53,665 bases of DNA from Methanosarcinales archaeon (GCA_030611585.1 JAUWPM010000002.1:1-53665), one strand, 5' to 3'. Numbered from the stretch's first letter, positions 1 to 8,876 are shown. The notes: generated from the letters alone by a model not told the origin. Translations and numbers: made by a program.

Positions 1-140
1 TCCATGCTCCCCATAAATTCATGTAGGGGACATACAAATAAAAAGCTTTTCGGTTTTTATTGTCTCGTTAAATCATAAAAGCAGGCTTTATATTGCAGTT
101 GGTAATTATATGTTCCCTATGATTTGACGGAGTTAAGGTT

Positions 141-164
141 AAAAAAAGAAAACCTGTGCTAAAA
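141..164 (-). repeat. partial copy (hairpin core) of the 128-bp MITE-like repeat family
   Basis: AAAAAGAAAACCTGTGCTAAAA is the reverse complement of TTTTAGCACAGGTTTTCTTTTT, which occurs in the full copies at 9911-10038 and 49201-49328. Confidence 0.5.
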
Positions 165-201
165 CTTTTTCGCAAGCAAAAACCTTTGCTAAAAAATATA
201 C

Positions 202-240
202 GTTTCTTTGGTCAAGCTTTTCTTTGTAAGAAAAGGTTTG
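202..240. repeat. A/T-rich palindromic intergenic repeat (related copy at 3698-3735)
   Basis: GTTTCTTTGGTCAAGCTTTTCTTTGTAAGAAAAGGTTTG compared with GTTTCTTTGATCAAACTTTCTTTGTGAAAGAAAGTTTG. Both contain an internal CTTT..AAAG hairpin. Confidence 0.4.
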
Positions 241-251
241 TTATGCAATTT

Positions 252-668
252 TTACTCTTCCCAGTGAAGTTCAATCTTCTCGCCCTTTGAGAAGTTTGCT
301 TCAAATAGGTCCAAACCTTTAACTCTGCCAAATATGGACGGGACATCATCCGAATCCGCTATGGCAACAAGGGTGTCAAATTCCTTTTCAACGAGTTTGA
401 TTTTCAAATCGTGAATATATGCTATCAATCTTGCACCAGGGACTACGCCCTTTATTTCAACATACTTGCCAGTTGTTATGTCATCAACAAAGAAGTTCCC
501 TAAATATCTTGGCAACACGCAAAAATCCGCCCCTGTATCAGCCAATACCTCATCTACCCAGATCCATTTATTTTTCTTTTTTGAAAAGATTTGCATCTGT
601 ATTCTTGGTCTTTTGACACCACCAAATATATCGCTTTCTTCCGGTTTATAATCGAATTCTTTTTCCAT
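252..668 (-). CDS. retropepsin-like (clan AA) aspartic protease
   Basis: 138-aa ORF with a D-T-G-A catalytic signature (VLADTGADFCVLP) and a size typical of single-domain retropepsin-like proteases. Confidence 0.7.
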   Translation of the reverse strand: MEKEFDYKPEESDIFGGVKRPRIQMQIFSKKKNKWIWVDEVLADTGADFCVLPRYLGNFFVDDITTGKYVEIKGVVPGARLIAYIHDLKIKLVEKEFDTLVAIADSDDVPSIFGRVKGLDLFEANFSKGEKIELHWEE

Positions 669-675
669 GTTCAGT

Positions 676-843
676 TTAACATATTAAAACCTTTTCATGT
701 GTCCGCCATGCCACGGAAATCTTTTTTTTAGGGTTCTTTGCCATTATTTCATCAAACATTTCCTCAGGATTCAGTCCATGCCAGACATCCTTTCCATCAA
801 TCTTTATTACATATTCAAACCTTTTTTCCATTTCCTTTTTCAT
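676..843 (-). CDS. small hypothetical protein (55 aa) immediately upstream of the protease gene
   Basis: Hand-translated ORF MKKEMEKRFEYVIKIDGKDVWHGLNPEEMFDEIMAKNPKKKISVAWRTHEKVLIC. Its stop lies 7 nt before the protease ATG. It is below the ORF-track size cutoff. Confidence 0.35.
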   Translation of the reverse strand: MKKEMEKRFEYVIKIDGKDVWHGLNPEEMFDEIMAKNPKKKISVAWRTHEKVLIC

Positions 844-919
844 TTTTCCATCACCGATTGTTCATGTAATAACTATGTCATGAGACTATAAATAAGTTCG
901 TTCGTATTTTTTATACTCA

Positions 920-1113
920 GGAATCGAAATAAAGAAGTTGCCAGAGAGACTTTTCGGGATTTTCCGTGGAAAGGATTTATTGAAGCTCTTAGAGGAAACC
1001 GAAGATGAATGGGATATTTAATCGCAGCAACATGCAAGCATTACGGGATAAAGAAAATAGCTACATTCGACCCGGATTTTAAAAGGGTTGATTTCTTGGA
1101 GATAATTACGTAA
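920..1113 (+). pseudogene. degraded vapBC-like toxin-antitoxin remnant (antitoxin C-terminus plus PIN-domain C-terminal fragment)
   Basis: One frame reads ..LPERLFGIFRGKDLLKLLEETEDEWDI*, which resembles the tail of the VapB-like protein at 43399-43710. A second frame (1009-1113) reads MGYLIAATCKHYGIKKIATFDPDFKRVDFLEIIT*, typical of the last ~35 aa of PIN/VapC proteins (..T.D.DF..). Confidence 0.4.
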
Positions 1114-1225
1114 ACCACAAGATTACACGGATTTTCACGATAGATTTTTTTTAGACACAGATTAACGCTCGTGGGCTCTGCCCACGTAGAGTAGGAGGAG
1201 GTCTTTCGACCACCGTCCCCTCATC

Positions 1226-1258
1226 GAACCGCACGTACGGATTTCCCGTATACGGCTC
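1226..1258 (-). ncRNA. group II intron domain V (outer intron)
   Basis: Minus strand reads GAGCCGTATACGGGAAATCCGTACGTGCGGTTC: an AGC catalytic triad, a 2-nt bulge geometry and a GAAA tetraloop. Confidence 0.85.
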
Positions 1259-1291
1259 TCCTTTGGCGTTGCCCCATTGCAGGGAGTGAGA

Positions 1292-1761
1292 TCACCACTT
1301 AGGGTTCAAGAGCGTTGACAACGATTTCAAGCCCAGATTTTTCAAAAATGCATTTAATATACGCCGATTACTGTTGTAGCTCTTCCTCTTCTCTTTGAAT
1401 GCCCGCAACCTCATTCTTGTCCATTCATCGAGTCCTTTGTATAGCCAATTGACGTTTGCTATCTTGAAGTAGTTTCCCCATCCGATAACAATTGGATTGA
1501 GCCCCCGAATTACCATTTCAAGATTAATCGGCAGATTTCTGCGCGTAGCACGCCTAACAGCATCCTTGTATTTTCTGACAGCCTCTTTTCGTGGCACTTT
1601 GTGGCTTATATAAACCGTAAATCCAAGAAAATCAACGCCTTCAGAAAAATTCTTTATCTTTGTCTTCTCTGGATGCAGCGTAAGTTCCAGATCCTCTAAG
1701 ATTTCTCTCACATGATTGTATGCCTCTCTTGCCTCTTCTTCATTTTCGCAAAGCACTAAGA
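1292..1761 (-). CDS. group II intron reverse transcriptase/maturase, C-terminal part (RT6-7 and X/thumb domain)
   Basis: (F)LVLCENEEEAREAY..LTLHPEKTKI..GVDFLGF..GWGNYF.. continues the RT directly after the YADD motif that ends the upstream segment. Confidence 0.8.
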
Positions 1762-2384
1762 GGTGAGTAATGCAGGGGAACCGCCCCCCTACGTCCTCTC
1801 AGAACCCGGCGTGAACCTCTCAGCTCACCGGGCTCCCATCATCCAGCCGTAAATGGCTTTGCTTTCATCAAAGATTCCTCCCATCTCCTGGTTGATCTTT
1901 AAATCAAGCGGATGACCCAACCCCTTCGCTCTATCTCCATTACAGAGACTTCATCACTAATACGAGCTGGTCCGTCCCTATTCCCCCACATCGGTACTCT
2001 CCCACTTGTGGGGTCCTCCCACTTGTGTTTCTCCCTTAACATCGGGGGATAGGTTCCCACGTTCCACACGAGAGCCTGGATCATGTTCACGCCGCCTTTA
2101 TGCCGGACGCCATCTGGGCAGTAAGCAGGTTTTCCCCCAGACTTATCCCAGGTCAACGACCAGCCCCTGGTTTTGACGCCGTCCATACGCTTTCGACACT
2201 TCCTCAGCGGTTCACTTACGTTCGTTTCCATGATCTACACCTGATCCCATCTTGTGGGACCTTTTCCTTAACGCTCACCACCATGGCTTTTAACCACAGC
2301 AGCTTAAGGCGGTTTGAAGCCTGCTTCCTGCAAGCCGGCTTCGAGGGACCAAACCCTCATCTCTCGTGCAGCCTCGTGGCGCAC
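1762..2384 (-). mobile_element. ORF-less group II intron nested inside the RT ORF of the outer intron (twintron); 3' boundary uncertain (1762-1767)
   Basis: The minus strand starts with canonical GTGCG one nt after the YADD codons. It has its own domain V at 1802-1835. The RT reading frame resumes about 620 nt later. Confidence 0.65.
1802..1835 (-). ncRNA. group II intron domain V (nested intron)
   Basis: Minus strand reads GAGCCCGGTGAGCTGAGAGGTTCACGCCGGGTTC, a 34-nt hairpin with an AGC triad and a GAGA tetraloop. Confidence 0.8.
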
Positions 2385-3207
2385 AATCATCTGCATATCT
2401 AACTACTTCATAGCCAAGTCCTGCCATCTTTTCATCGAAATAATGCAGATAGATATTGGCTAAGAGCGGAGATATAACTCCACCTTGCGGCGTGCCGATG
2501 ACGTTCTTCGCCAGTCCCTGTCCCTGTTCCATTATATCCGCCTCGAGAAAAGACCTTATCAATCTCAAGACTCTGCCATCGCTTATTCGTTCTGCCACCG
2601 CATCAATGAGCTTTTCGTGGTTCACCGTATCAAAGAAGGCTTTTATGTCCGCGTCTACCACCCATTCGTGTCCTTCATCCTTGACATCTTCTATTCGCTC
2701 TATCGCCTGTTTCGCACTCTTTCCCGGTCGGTATCCAAAGCTTGAGTCCAGAAACTCGGCTTCAAATATCGGCTCGATGACGTTCTTCAACGCTTGCTGC
2801 ACTACTCTATCTCTGATTGTTGGAATGCCCAGCGGTCGCTGTTTACCGTCTGGCTTTGGTATACATACTCTTTTCACTGGATTAGGCTTGTACATGTCCT
2901 GCCGTAGCAGTCGCTGAATCTCATTGAGATTCTGCTCCAGATTCCGCTCGAACTCATCAATAGTCACATCGTCTATTCCACCTGCTCCTCTGTTCTGCTT
3001 CACTTTTTCCCACGCTTCGTTGAGATTCCGCCAGTTCCAGACCTTGTCAATCAAGGAATGCCACTTCCTCTTTTCCTTTCGCTCTTTTCTCACCAACCCC
3101 CAACAAGCTGTTTCAATACACAAACCACCAGCCAAACCTTTTCGGCAACTTGCGTAGCGTCTTTCTCCTGAGCCTACTTTCGCCGCGTTCCTACTTGATT
3201 TGTGCAT
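2385..3207 (-). CDS. group II intron reverse transcriptase, N-terminal part (RT0-RT5, ends at YADD)
   Basis: ..NRGAGGIDD..KPDGKQRPLGIPTIRDRVVQQA..FGYRPG..DADIKAFFDTVNH..TPQGGVISPLLANIYL..VRYADD. The text after YADD in the track ORF is intron RNA read through. Confidence 0.85.
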
Positions 3208-3697
3208 CTATCTCACCCATTGTTCGATTTCGCCAAAGCAGGATTCCTTCGCATAGTCGGTGTTTTGTCCTCCCGGCTGTTACCAACCTTTCACTGGCAC
3301 CGACATCATCGCTACTATGAATCCGTCCGACTTCTCGTAGCGAAGCATTTTGATCAAACTTTCTTAAAGTTTGTCGCATCATTCCGGCTTTCCCATCCAA
3401 GTTATACCTTCCTTACCTCAAAACTGAGGGCGATACGAGACCTCCCCCGGTCACCCAACCGACCATTCATCTTCATCCCGACCCTAAACAGACATGCTAA
3501 CCCTCTATGGTAATCTCCCGTTTTTGGGCTGCGTTTGCATACGGTAAGTCCCCATAGAGGCATCGAACTTCCCCTATCAAAAGGAGGGTCGTTGTTAGCA
3601 TATCCCACCTCTGGTTCGCTATCCCCCTCACGAGGGACACCTTGCCACTGTTGGCTTCTGCATAAAACTTTTTAGAAAAAAGTTTTATCAAAAACCA

Positions 3698-3735
3698 GTT
3701 TCTTTGATCAAACTTTCTTTGTGAAAGAAAGTTTG
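3698..3735. repeat. A/T-rich palindromic intergenic repeat (related copy at 202-240)
   Basis: Contains the perfect palindrome AACTTTCTTT-GTG-AAAGAAAGTT. It lies in the 5' exon side flank of the group II intron. Confidence 0.4.
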
Positions 3736-3874
3736 ATGGTCTGGCCCCTTATTCGGAGTAGACTTTACTTAACAACAACGGCTTTAGACACAAATAACAC
3801 AAATCAAATAAAGTACTGTAACGTAACATATCTTACATAAATAATGTGAGATATATAGAGACCCATAGACTAAA

Positions 3875-3948
3875 GGGGTCGTGGCCTAGTCCGGAAGGGC
3901 AGCGGGCTCCAGACTCGCCGATCGTGCGTTCGAATCGCACCGACCCCA
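3875..3948 (+). tRNA. tRNA-Trp (anticodon CCA), no intron, CCA not encoded
   Basis: Acceptor GGGGTCG/CGACCCC, anticodon arm GCGGG-CTCCAGA-CTCGC, T arm GTGCG-TTCGAAT-CGCAC, discriminator A. Confidence 0.85.
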
Positions 3949-3950
3949 TT

Positions 3951-4490
3951 TCATTCCCGCACATGCTTCATTATATGTGCGATCTCAGGCATGATTATCC
4001 CGGTAAGTGCTAATTTCACCGCGGCTGGCGAGCCGGGCAGGCAGAAAATAGCACGTTGATTTATTACGCCCGCAATCGCACGGCTTAATACCGATGCAGT
4101 ACCTATTTCCTCGTAACTCTTCAGCCTGAAGAGTTCGCCAAATCCCGTTATCTCCTTCTTCAGCAGTTTCGATACCACCTCTATGGTAACGTCATTTTTC
4201 GTCAATCCCGTGCCGCCGGACATGATAACGAAATCAGCATCGGCGTTCAGGGCGTTTGATATACCTTCATGTATCTTATCCTCATCATCTGGTAGCACGT
4301 TGTAATACACGACTTCATGCCCGCTTTTCCGCACGAGTTCCTGCGCGATTTCGCCTGATAGATCGCCGATGTCCGTTTCACCTTTCTCTCTATTCCAGTA
4401 TTTGGAGGTGCTTATCGTGAGTATTGCGCATTTGTAATGCTTCTGTGCGCCGCTCTTATGCTTTTCCGGGACGGTCATTTTTTCTTCCAT
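3951..4490 (-). CDS. moaB: molybdenum cofactor biosynthesis protein MoaB/MogA family
   Basis: 179 aa with MSGGTGLTKND and CLPGSPAAV motifs characteristic of the MoaB/MogA fold. Confidence 0.8.
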   Translation of the reverse strand: MEEKMTVPEKHKSGAQKHYKCAILTISTSKYWNREKGETDIGDLSGEIAQELVRKSGHEVVYYNVLPDDEDKIHEGISNALNADADFVIMSGGTGLTKNDVTIEVVSKLLKKEITGFGELFRLKSYEEIGTASVLSRAIAGVINQRAIFCLPGSPAAVKLALTGIIMPEIAHIMKHVRE

Positions 4491-4547
4491 GTTGTTCTAT
4501 ATATACTCAAATCACAGTATACATAGAATTAAAAGAGGTGATAAAAA

Positions 4548-5339
4548 ATGGCTTTTGAATGGCTAATTGGAGTAGTATTTTTTGCAGTGATCGTATTGGC
4601 ATCTTCGATAAAGGTAGTGAAAGAATACGAACGAGGCGTAATCTTCAGGCTTGGACGTTTGGTGGGCGCGAGAGGACCGGGGCTGTTCTTAATCATACCC
4701 ATCTTCGAGACCATGGTAAAAATAGACTTACGAGTGTCTGTCTTCGATATTCCACCGCAAGAGGTCATAACCAAGGATAACGTCACCACGAAAGTGAATG
4801 CAGTAGTTTATTACCGAGTGCTCGATCCCGAGAAGGCAGTAACCGAGGTAGAGCAGTACCAGTATGCCACTGCTCAAATCGCTCTGACCACGATAAGGGG
4901 CGTGATAGGGCAGTCGGAGCTGGATGAGTTACTCTCCGAACGAGACAAGATCAACAAACACTTGCAGGTCATAATAGACGAAGCGACCGACCCCTGGGGT
5001 ATAAAAATCTCCGCCGTGGAGATAAAAGACGTTGAACTGCCGAAAGAGATGCAGCGTGCAATGGCGGCACAGGCAGAAGCAGAGCGGAATAGAAGAGCTC
5101 GTGTTATTGATGCAGATGCCGAGTTCCAGGCGGCGAAGAAGATTGCAGAAGCTGCGAACGTCCTTCAAAAAGAAGAAGGTGGGATGTTCATCCGAATGTT
5201 ACAAACGATAAAAGAGGCAACGGAGGAGAAAGCTACTACCGTGGTCATTCCGTTCCCGGTAGAAATGCTCGAGGCTTTGGGATACCGATCTGAGAGCAAG
5301 TCTAAATCGAAAGAAGAACCCGTGGAGACAACGGAATAA
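4548..5339 (+). CDS. SPFH/band-7 (stomatin-like) membrane protein
   Basis: N-terminal TM segment followed by an SPFH core (VKEYERGVIFRLGR.., GIKISAVEIKDVELP) and an A/E-rich coiled-coil tail. Confidence 0.85.
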   Translation: MAFEWLIGVVFFAVIVLASSIKVVKEYERGVIFRLGRLVGARGPGLFLIIPIFETMVKIDLRVSVFDIPPQEVITKDNVTTKVNAVVYYRVLDPEKAVTEVEQYQYATAQIALTTIRGVIGQSELDELLSERDKINKHLQVIIDEATDPWGIKISAVEIKDVELPKEMQRAMAAQAEAERNRRARVIDADAEFQAAKKIAEAANVLQKEEGGMFIRMLQTIKEATEEKATTVVIPFPVEMLEALGYRSESKSKSKEEPVETTE

Positions 5340-5357
5340 AATTTTAAAGAAAGTTAG

Positions 5358-6677
5358 ATGGGGAGGCAATTCTTAGAAATCACCGAGAAGAAGGAAGTGG
5401 ACGCGATAATCTCGCACGTCGCCGCAGAAGTGGCAAGGGCACGAGCGAAAACAAGCACGTCCGTAGAAAAAGTGAACGTAAATGAGGCACTCGGTAGAAT
5501 TGCTTCCGCGGATATTTTTTCCGCACTTAATGTTCCACCGTTCGATCGGGCGATCATGGACGGCTACGCAGTTGTAGCCTCGGATACGTTCTACGCCGAT
5601 GAAAATAATCCCGCTTCTTTGATTATAACCGGCTCTATATTTGCTGGCGAGTTCCCTTCGCACGCCGTAGACAAGGGCTCGTGCATGGGCATATCCACCG
5701 GTGCACCACTGCCAAAAGGAGCAACCGCCACGGTAAAAGTCGAGAACACCGCGGAGTATACGGAGGTAGTCGAAGGTAAAAAGCTAAAAAAGGTGAGGGT
5801 ATACAAGCCCGTCGCTCCGGGTGAAAATATCATGCTTGCGGGCTCGGATATAAAGCGAGGCGAGCGAATAGTAAGGAGTGGAACTACGCTCACGCCACGT
5901 GAGACCGGTGTCCTGGCTGCTTGCGGGCTAAACGTAGTTCTTGTTCGTAAAAAGCCGACTGTGGCGATCATATCCACGGGCAATGAACTAATAGCGCCGG
6001 GAGCAGACCTCGAGCCCGCGGAAATATACGACGTTAACACGCAGACACTCAGCGATTCCGTTCGAGAATGCGGTTGCATCCCGTATTTCCTTGGTATTGT
6101 TAGTGACGACGTAGAAGAAATATCGGGGAAGCTGAAACAGTCGTTGGAAGCAGGCGCAGACGTTATAATCGCGTCTGGCGGGACCTCTGCGGGCGTTGGT
6201 GACTTACTGCCCAAAGTGATAGAAGAGCTTGGCGAGATTCTCGTGCACGGCGTGGACATAAAACCCGGGAAGCCGTTCATCTTCGGAACTATCCGGGGTA
6301 AGCCCTTTTTCGGCTTGCCTGGTAATCCGACGTCCGCATTGGTTACCTTCAACCTTTTCGGCGCTCCGTTGCTTCGCACGATATCGGGTATTTCCGCACA
6401 AAATCATGAAGAATGCGGAAGAAGAGAGGAAAAGAGAACAAAGGCTAAGGTAGCGCAGAGAATCTTCTCCGAGCGTGGACGGAATGAATACGTACTTGTC
6501 AATCTCGTTGCAATGAAAAAGCCAGAGGAGGAAGCGCCATTTCTTGCGTATCCTATTCTCACCGGCTCTGGTGCAATCACAACGCTATCAAAAGCAGATG
6601 GCTACATATTCATGGAGAAGGGAAAGGAGATAATAGAAGAAGGGGAAGCGGTGGACGTTGAATTATTTATTGACTGA
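5358..6677 (+). CDS. moeA: molybdopterin molybdenumtransferase MoeA
   Basis: 439 aa with RAIMDGYAV, ASGGTSAGVGD and GLPGNPTSA motifs. Confidence 0.85.
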   Translation: MGRQFLEITEKKEVDAIISHVAAEVARARAKTSTSVEKVNVNEALGRIASADIFSALNVPPFDRAIMDGYAVVASDTFYADENNPASLIITGSIFAGEFPSHAVDKGSCMGISTGAPLPKGATATVKVENTAEYTEVVEGKKLKKVRVYKPVAPGENIMLAGSDIKRGERIVRSGTTLTPRETGVLAACGLNVVLVRKKPTVAIISTGNELIAPGADLEPAEIYDVNTQTLSDSVRECGCIPYFLGIVSDDVEEISGKLKQSLEAGADVIIASGGTSAGVGDLLPKVIEELGEILVHGVDIKPGKPFIFGTIRGKPFFGLPGNPTSALVTFNLFGAPLLRTISGISAQNHEECGRREEKRTKAKVAQRIFSERGRNEYVLVNLVAMKKPEEEAPFLAYPILTGSGAITTLSKADGYIFMEKGKEIIEEGEAVDVELFID

Positions 6678-6722
6678 ACTACCAGGAACACTGAAAACTA
6701 AACTCTATTATTCTTCTCTCGT

Positions 6723-6810
6723 GGAATAAGCCCTTTCAGGGCTTGCGGGTAAGCCCCTCCTGGGCTTGCGGGGGCACGGGCGGAGCCCGTGATGGGCAGA
6801 GCCCACGATG
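6723..6810. repeat. cluster of four short GC-rich hairpins (AAGCCCT-TTC-AGGGCTT, AAGCCC-CTCC-TGGGCTT, CACGGGC-GGA-GCCCGTG, TGGGC-AGA-GCCCA)
   Basis: Read directly from the sequence. The leading GGAATAAGCCCTTNCAGGGCTTGCGGG is shared with 52871-52898 inside guaA. The GTGGGCAGAGCCCAC-type hairpin also occurs at 1170-1186. Confidence 0.7.
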
Positions 6811-6880
6811 TGTAATCTGGTGGTTAATACTTTTCGGAGTGACTATATTTATATTCGACTTTTTTATATGTACATACTAT

Positions 6881-7002
6881 CCCGCCTTAACTCAGTTTGG
6901 AAGAGTGCGCGGCTGTAGAGTAGCGTTTTAGATCACCTCCCAAAGATCTTATTACCGCGCGCGGATACCGTGCTGTCCCCGGTTCAAATCCGGGAGGCGG
7001 GA
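6881..7002 (+). tRNA. tRNA-Tyr (anticodon GTA) with a 48-nt intron at the canonical 37/38 position (intron 6919-6966)
   Basis: Acceptor CCCGCCT/AGGCGGG with the C1:G72 pair typical of archaeal tRNA-Tyr, discriminator A. Anticodon stem CGCGG, loop CTGTAG|intron|A, 3' stem CCGTG, variable loop CTGTC, T arm CCCGG-TTCAAAT-CCGGG. Confidence 0.8.
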
Positions 7003-7014
7003 TTTTAAAAATAA

Positions 7015-8061
7015 ATGACCGAACTAAAAGAACTGCTGAAAAAGTTAGCGGAGGCACAGGGCATTTCGGGCTACGAAGGGGAGATACAGAGCATCGTCAA
7101 AGCCGAGTTGGAGGATTATGTAGACGAAATAAAAATCGACCAGTTAGGGAATTTGATAGCCACGAAGCACGGTAAAAAACCTTCCGTTATGGTTGCTGCA
7201 CACACCGATGAGATCGGGCTTATGGTGAAGCAAATAACGGACGAGGGTTTCCTGAGGTTCTCGACCATCGGCGGCTGGTTTGACCAAACGCTGTTAAATC
7301 AACGGGTGATTGTACACGTGGAGAGTGGCGGTTTGTACGGCGTTATCGGATCGAAACCACCGCATAAAATGAAGAAAGAGGAGCGCGAGAAGGTAGTAAA
7401 AGCAGAGGATATGTTTGTGGACGTGGGTGCGCAGAGCAGCGAAGAAGTGGAGCAGATGGGAATTTTCATCGGAACGCCAATCACCACCGATCGGCACTTT
7501 GTGAGTCTCGGAAACGACCGGGTTACCTGTAAAGCTTTTGATAATCGGTCCGGCGTTGCAGTGATGATAGAGGCACTGAAGAGGGCGAATACCGAATTCG
7601 AGGTCTACGCCGTAGGGACAGTGCAAGAGGAAGTAGGGCTGAAAGGTGCACGGATAGCATCGTTCGGGCTCGACCCCGACGTGGCGATCGCACTCGATAC
7701 CGATATAGCTGGGGGGCATCCGGGAATAGAGAAGAAAGACACGACAATAGAGATAGGTAAAGGGCCGGTGATTACCGTTTCCGACGCTTCGGGTCGCGGC
7801 ATAATAACGCCGCCCTCTGTATTGAAATGGCTGAAAGAGACTGCGGCTCGTTATAAAATCGGATACCAGCTCAGCGTATCGGAAGGTGGCATGACCGACG
7901 CGGCTATAATTCATCTCACACGGAGCGGTATACCTACCGGTGTGGTCGGCGTGCCCACGAGATACATCCACTCGCCGGTAGAATTGCTGAGCTTAAGCGA
8001 CCTTGATAACTGCGCGGAACTCGTTGCACGAGCCATCGAGCGAGTGGGGGATTTCTTCTAA
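7015..8061 (+). CDS. M42 family metallopeptidase (FrvX/TET aminopeptidase-like)
   Basis: 348 aa with the metal-ligand motifs AAHTDEIG, AFDNRSG and QEEVGLKGA. Confidence 0.85.
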   Translation: MTELKELLKKLAEAQGISGYEGEIQSIVKAELEDYVDEIKIDQLGNLIATKHGKKPSVMVAAHTDEIGLMVKQITDEGFLRFSTIGGWFDQTLLNQRVIVHVESGGLYGVIGSKPPHKMKKEEREKVVKAEDMFVDVGAQSSEEVEQMGIFIGTPITTDRHFVSLGNDRVTCKAFDNRSGVAVMIEALKRANTEFEVYAVGTVQEEVGLKGARIASFGLDPDVAIALDTDIAGGHPGIEKKDTTIEIGKGPVITVSDASGRGIITPPSVLKWLKETAARYKIGYQLSVSEGGMTDAAIIHLTRSGIPTGVVGVPTRYIHSPVELLSLSDLDNCAELVARAIERVGDFF

Positions 8062-8103
8062 GTCCTGTCTGTCCTGTCTTGTACCGTAGCGTAAAGAGCT
8101 ATT

Positions 8104-8871
8104 TTGGAAAGAAAAATGCCTTTAAAAGTGAACTTCGGTGGCACCGTTCCCTTCTCCACCATTGACTGGCGCGGGAAAGCCTCGATGGTGATATTCCTCA
8201 GAGGCTGCCCGCTCCGGTGCATCTATTGCCATAATTACAAACTCCTGGAAGACCCGAACTACGTTGAGCAGGAAGAGATAGAAGCGGAAATCCTAAAAAA
8301 CGTGGGTTTCATAGACGCCGTGGTTATCTCCGGCGGTGAACCCTTTATGCAACCGCACGCAATAGAAGCGATCGCGGAATTCGTAAAGAAGCGCTCGTTG
8401 TTCGTTGCCGTGCAGACAAATGGGTTTTATCCCGCGGTTGTCGAAGCCATGCTAAAGAAGAATCTCATTAACAAGATCTTCCTGGACGTCAAAGCACCAC
8501 TATCGGATGAAACGCTGTACGAGAAACTAACGAAAGTCGCGGGTGTAGCAGAACGGGTGAAGAATACGCTCGCAGTTTGCATTCGGGCAGGCGTAGACCT
8601 TGAACTGGTAACGACAGTATTCAAGAACCTCGTTGGCACGGAAGAGGTGAAGCGCATAGCAAAAGAGATTGAAGAGGCGGGTGTTGCAAACTGCTCATAC
8701 GTAATACAACAGGGTAGACCTGAACTCGTTCCGGAGCGCGTAATAGCCGATGAAGACGAGTTCAGCCGCGAGGAGCTGAAGGAACTCGCAGCAGGTGCGT
8801 ATCATGCCGCGGGTCTGAAGAAGGTCAGGATCAGAATCAGAACCAGAGAACACGGCGAAGAAGCGGTTTAA
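8104..8871 (+). CDS. radical SAM activating enzyme (anaerobic ribonucleotide reductase/PFL activase-like)
   Basis: CPLRCIYCHN is a CxxxCxxC cluster motif near the N-terminus, followed by ISGGEP. The ATG at 8116 is a likelier start than the TTG at 8104. Confidence 0.7.
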   Translation: MERKMPLKVNFGGTVPFSTIDWRGKASMVIFLRGCPLRCIYCHNYKLLEDPNYVEQEEIEAEILKNVGFIDAVVISGGEPFMQPHAIEAIAEFVKKRSLFVAVQTNGFYPAVVEAMLKKNLINKIFLDVKAPLSDETLYEKLTKVAGVAERVKNTLAVCIRAGVDLELVTTVFKNLVGTEEVKRIAKEIEEAGVANCSYVIQQGRPELVPERVIADEDEFSREELKELAAGAYHAAGLKKVRIRIRTREHGEEAV

Positions 8872-8876
8872 GGTGG

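Larger units (their letters stand above)
1186..3640 (-). mobile_element. group II intron encoding an RT/maturase (outer intron; both boundaries approximate)
   Basis: RT ORF with domains 0-7 and X. A canonical domain V lies 30-70 nt from the 3' end, followed by a domain-VI-like hairpin (GGTC-GAAA-GACC) and a ..CTAC end. The 5' end is tentatively placed at GTGTC (minus strand, 3640), which is non-canonical relative to GUGYG. Confidence 0.8.

Noticed and set aside
1899-2402. ORFs of 110 aa (minus strand) and 100 aa (plus strand) inside the nested intron
   Set aside because: The segment is bounded by GTGCG and a domain V hairpin and interrupts an RT frame. The translations have no protein-like features, so I interpret it as structured intron RNA.
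5591-6379. 262-aa minus-strand ORF
   Set aside because: Antisense shadow of moeA.
6881-7002. Alternative reading of the tRNA as a class II (long variable arm) tRNA with a 35-nt intron
   Set aside because: Using CCGCG as the 3' anticodon strand leaves a 17-nt extra arm, which is incompatible with archaeal tRNA-Tyr. Using CCGTG instead gives a standard 5-nt variable loop, and the C1:G72 pair plus the GTA anticodon fit Tyr.
7294-7971. 225-aa minus-strand ORF
   Set aside because: Antisense shadow of the M42 peptidase gene.
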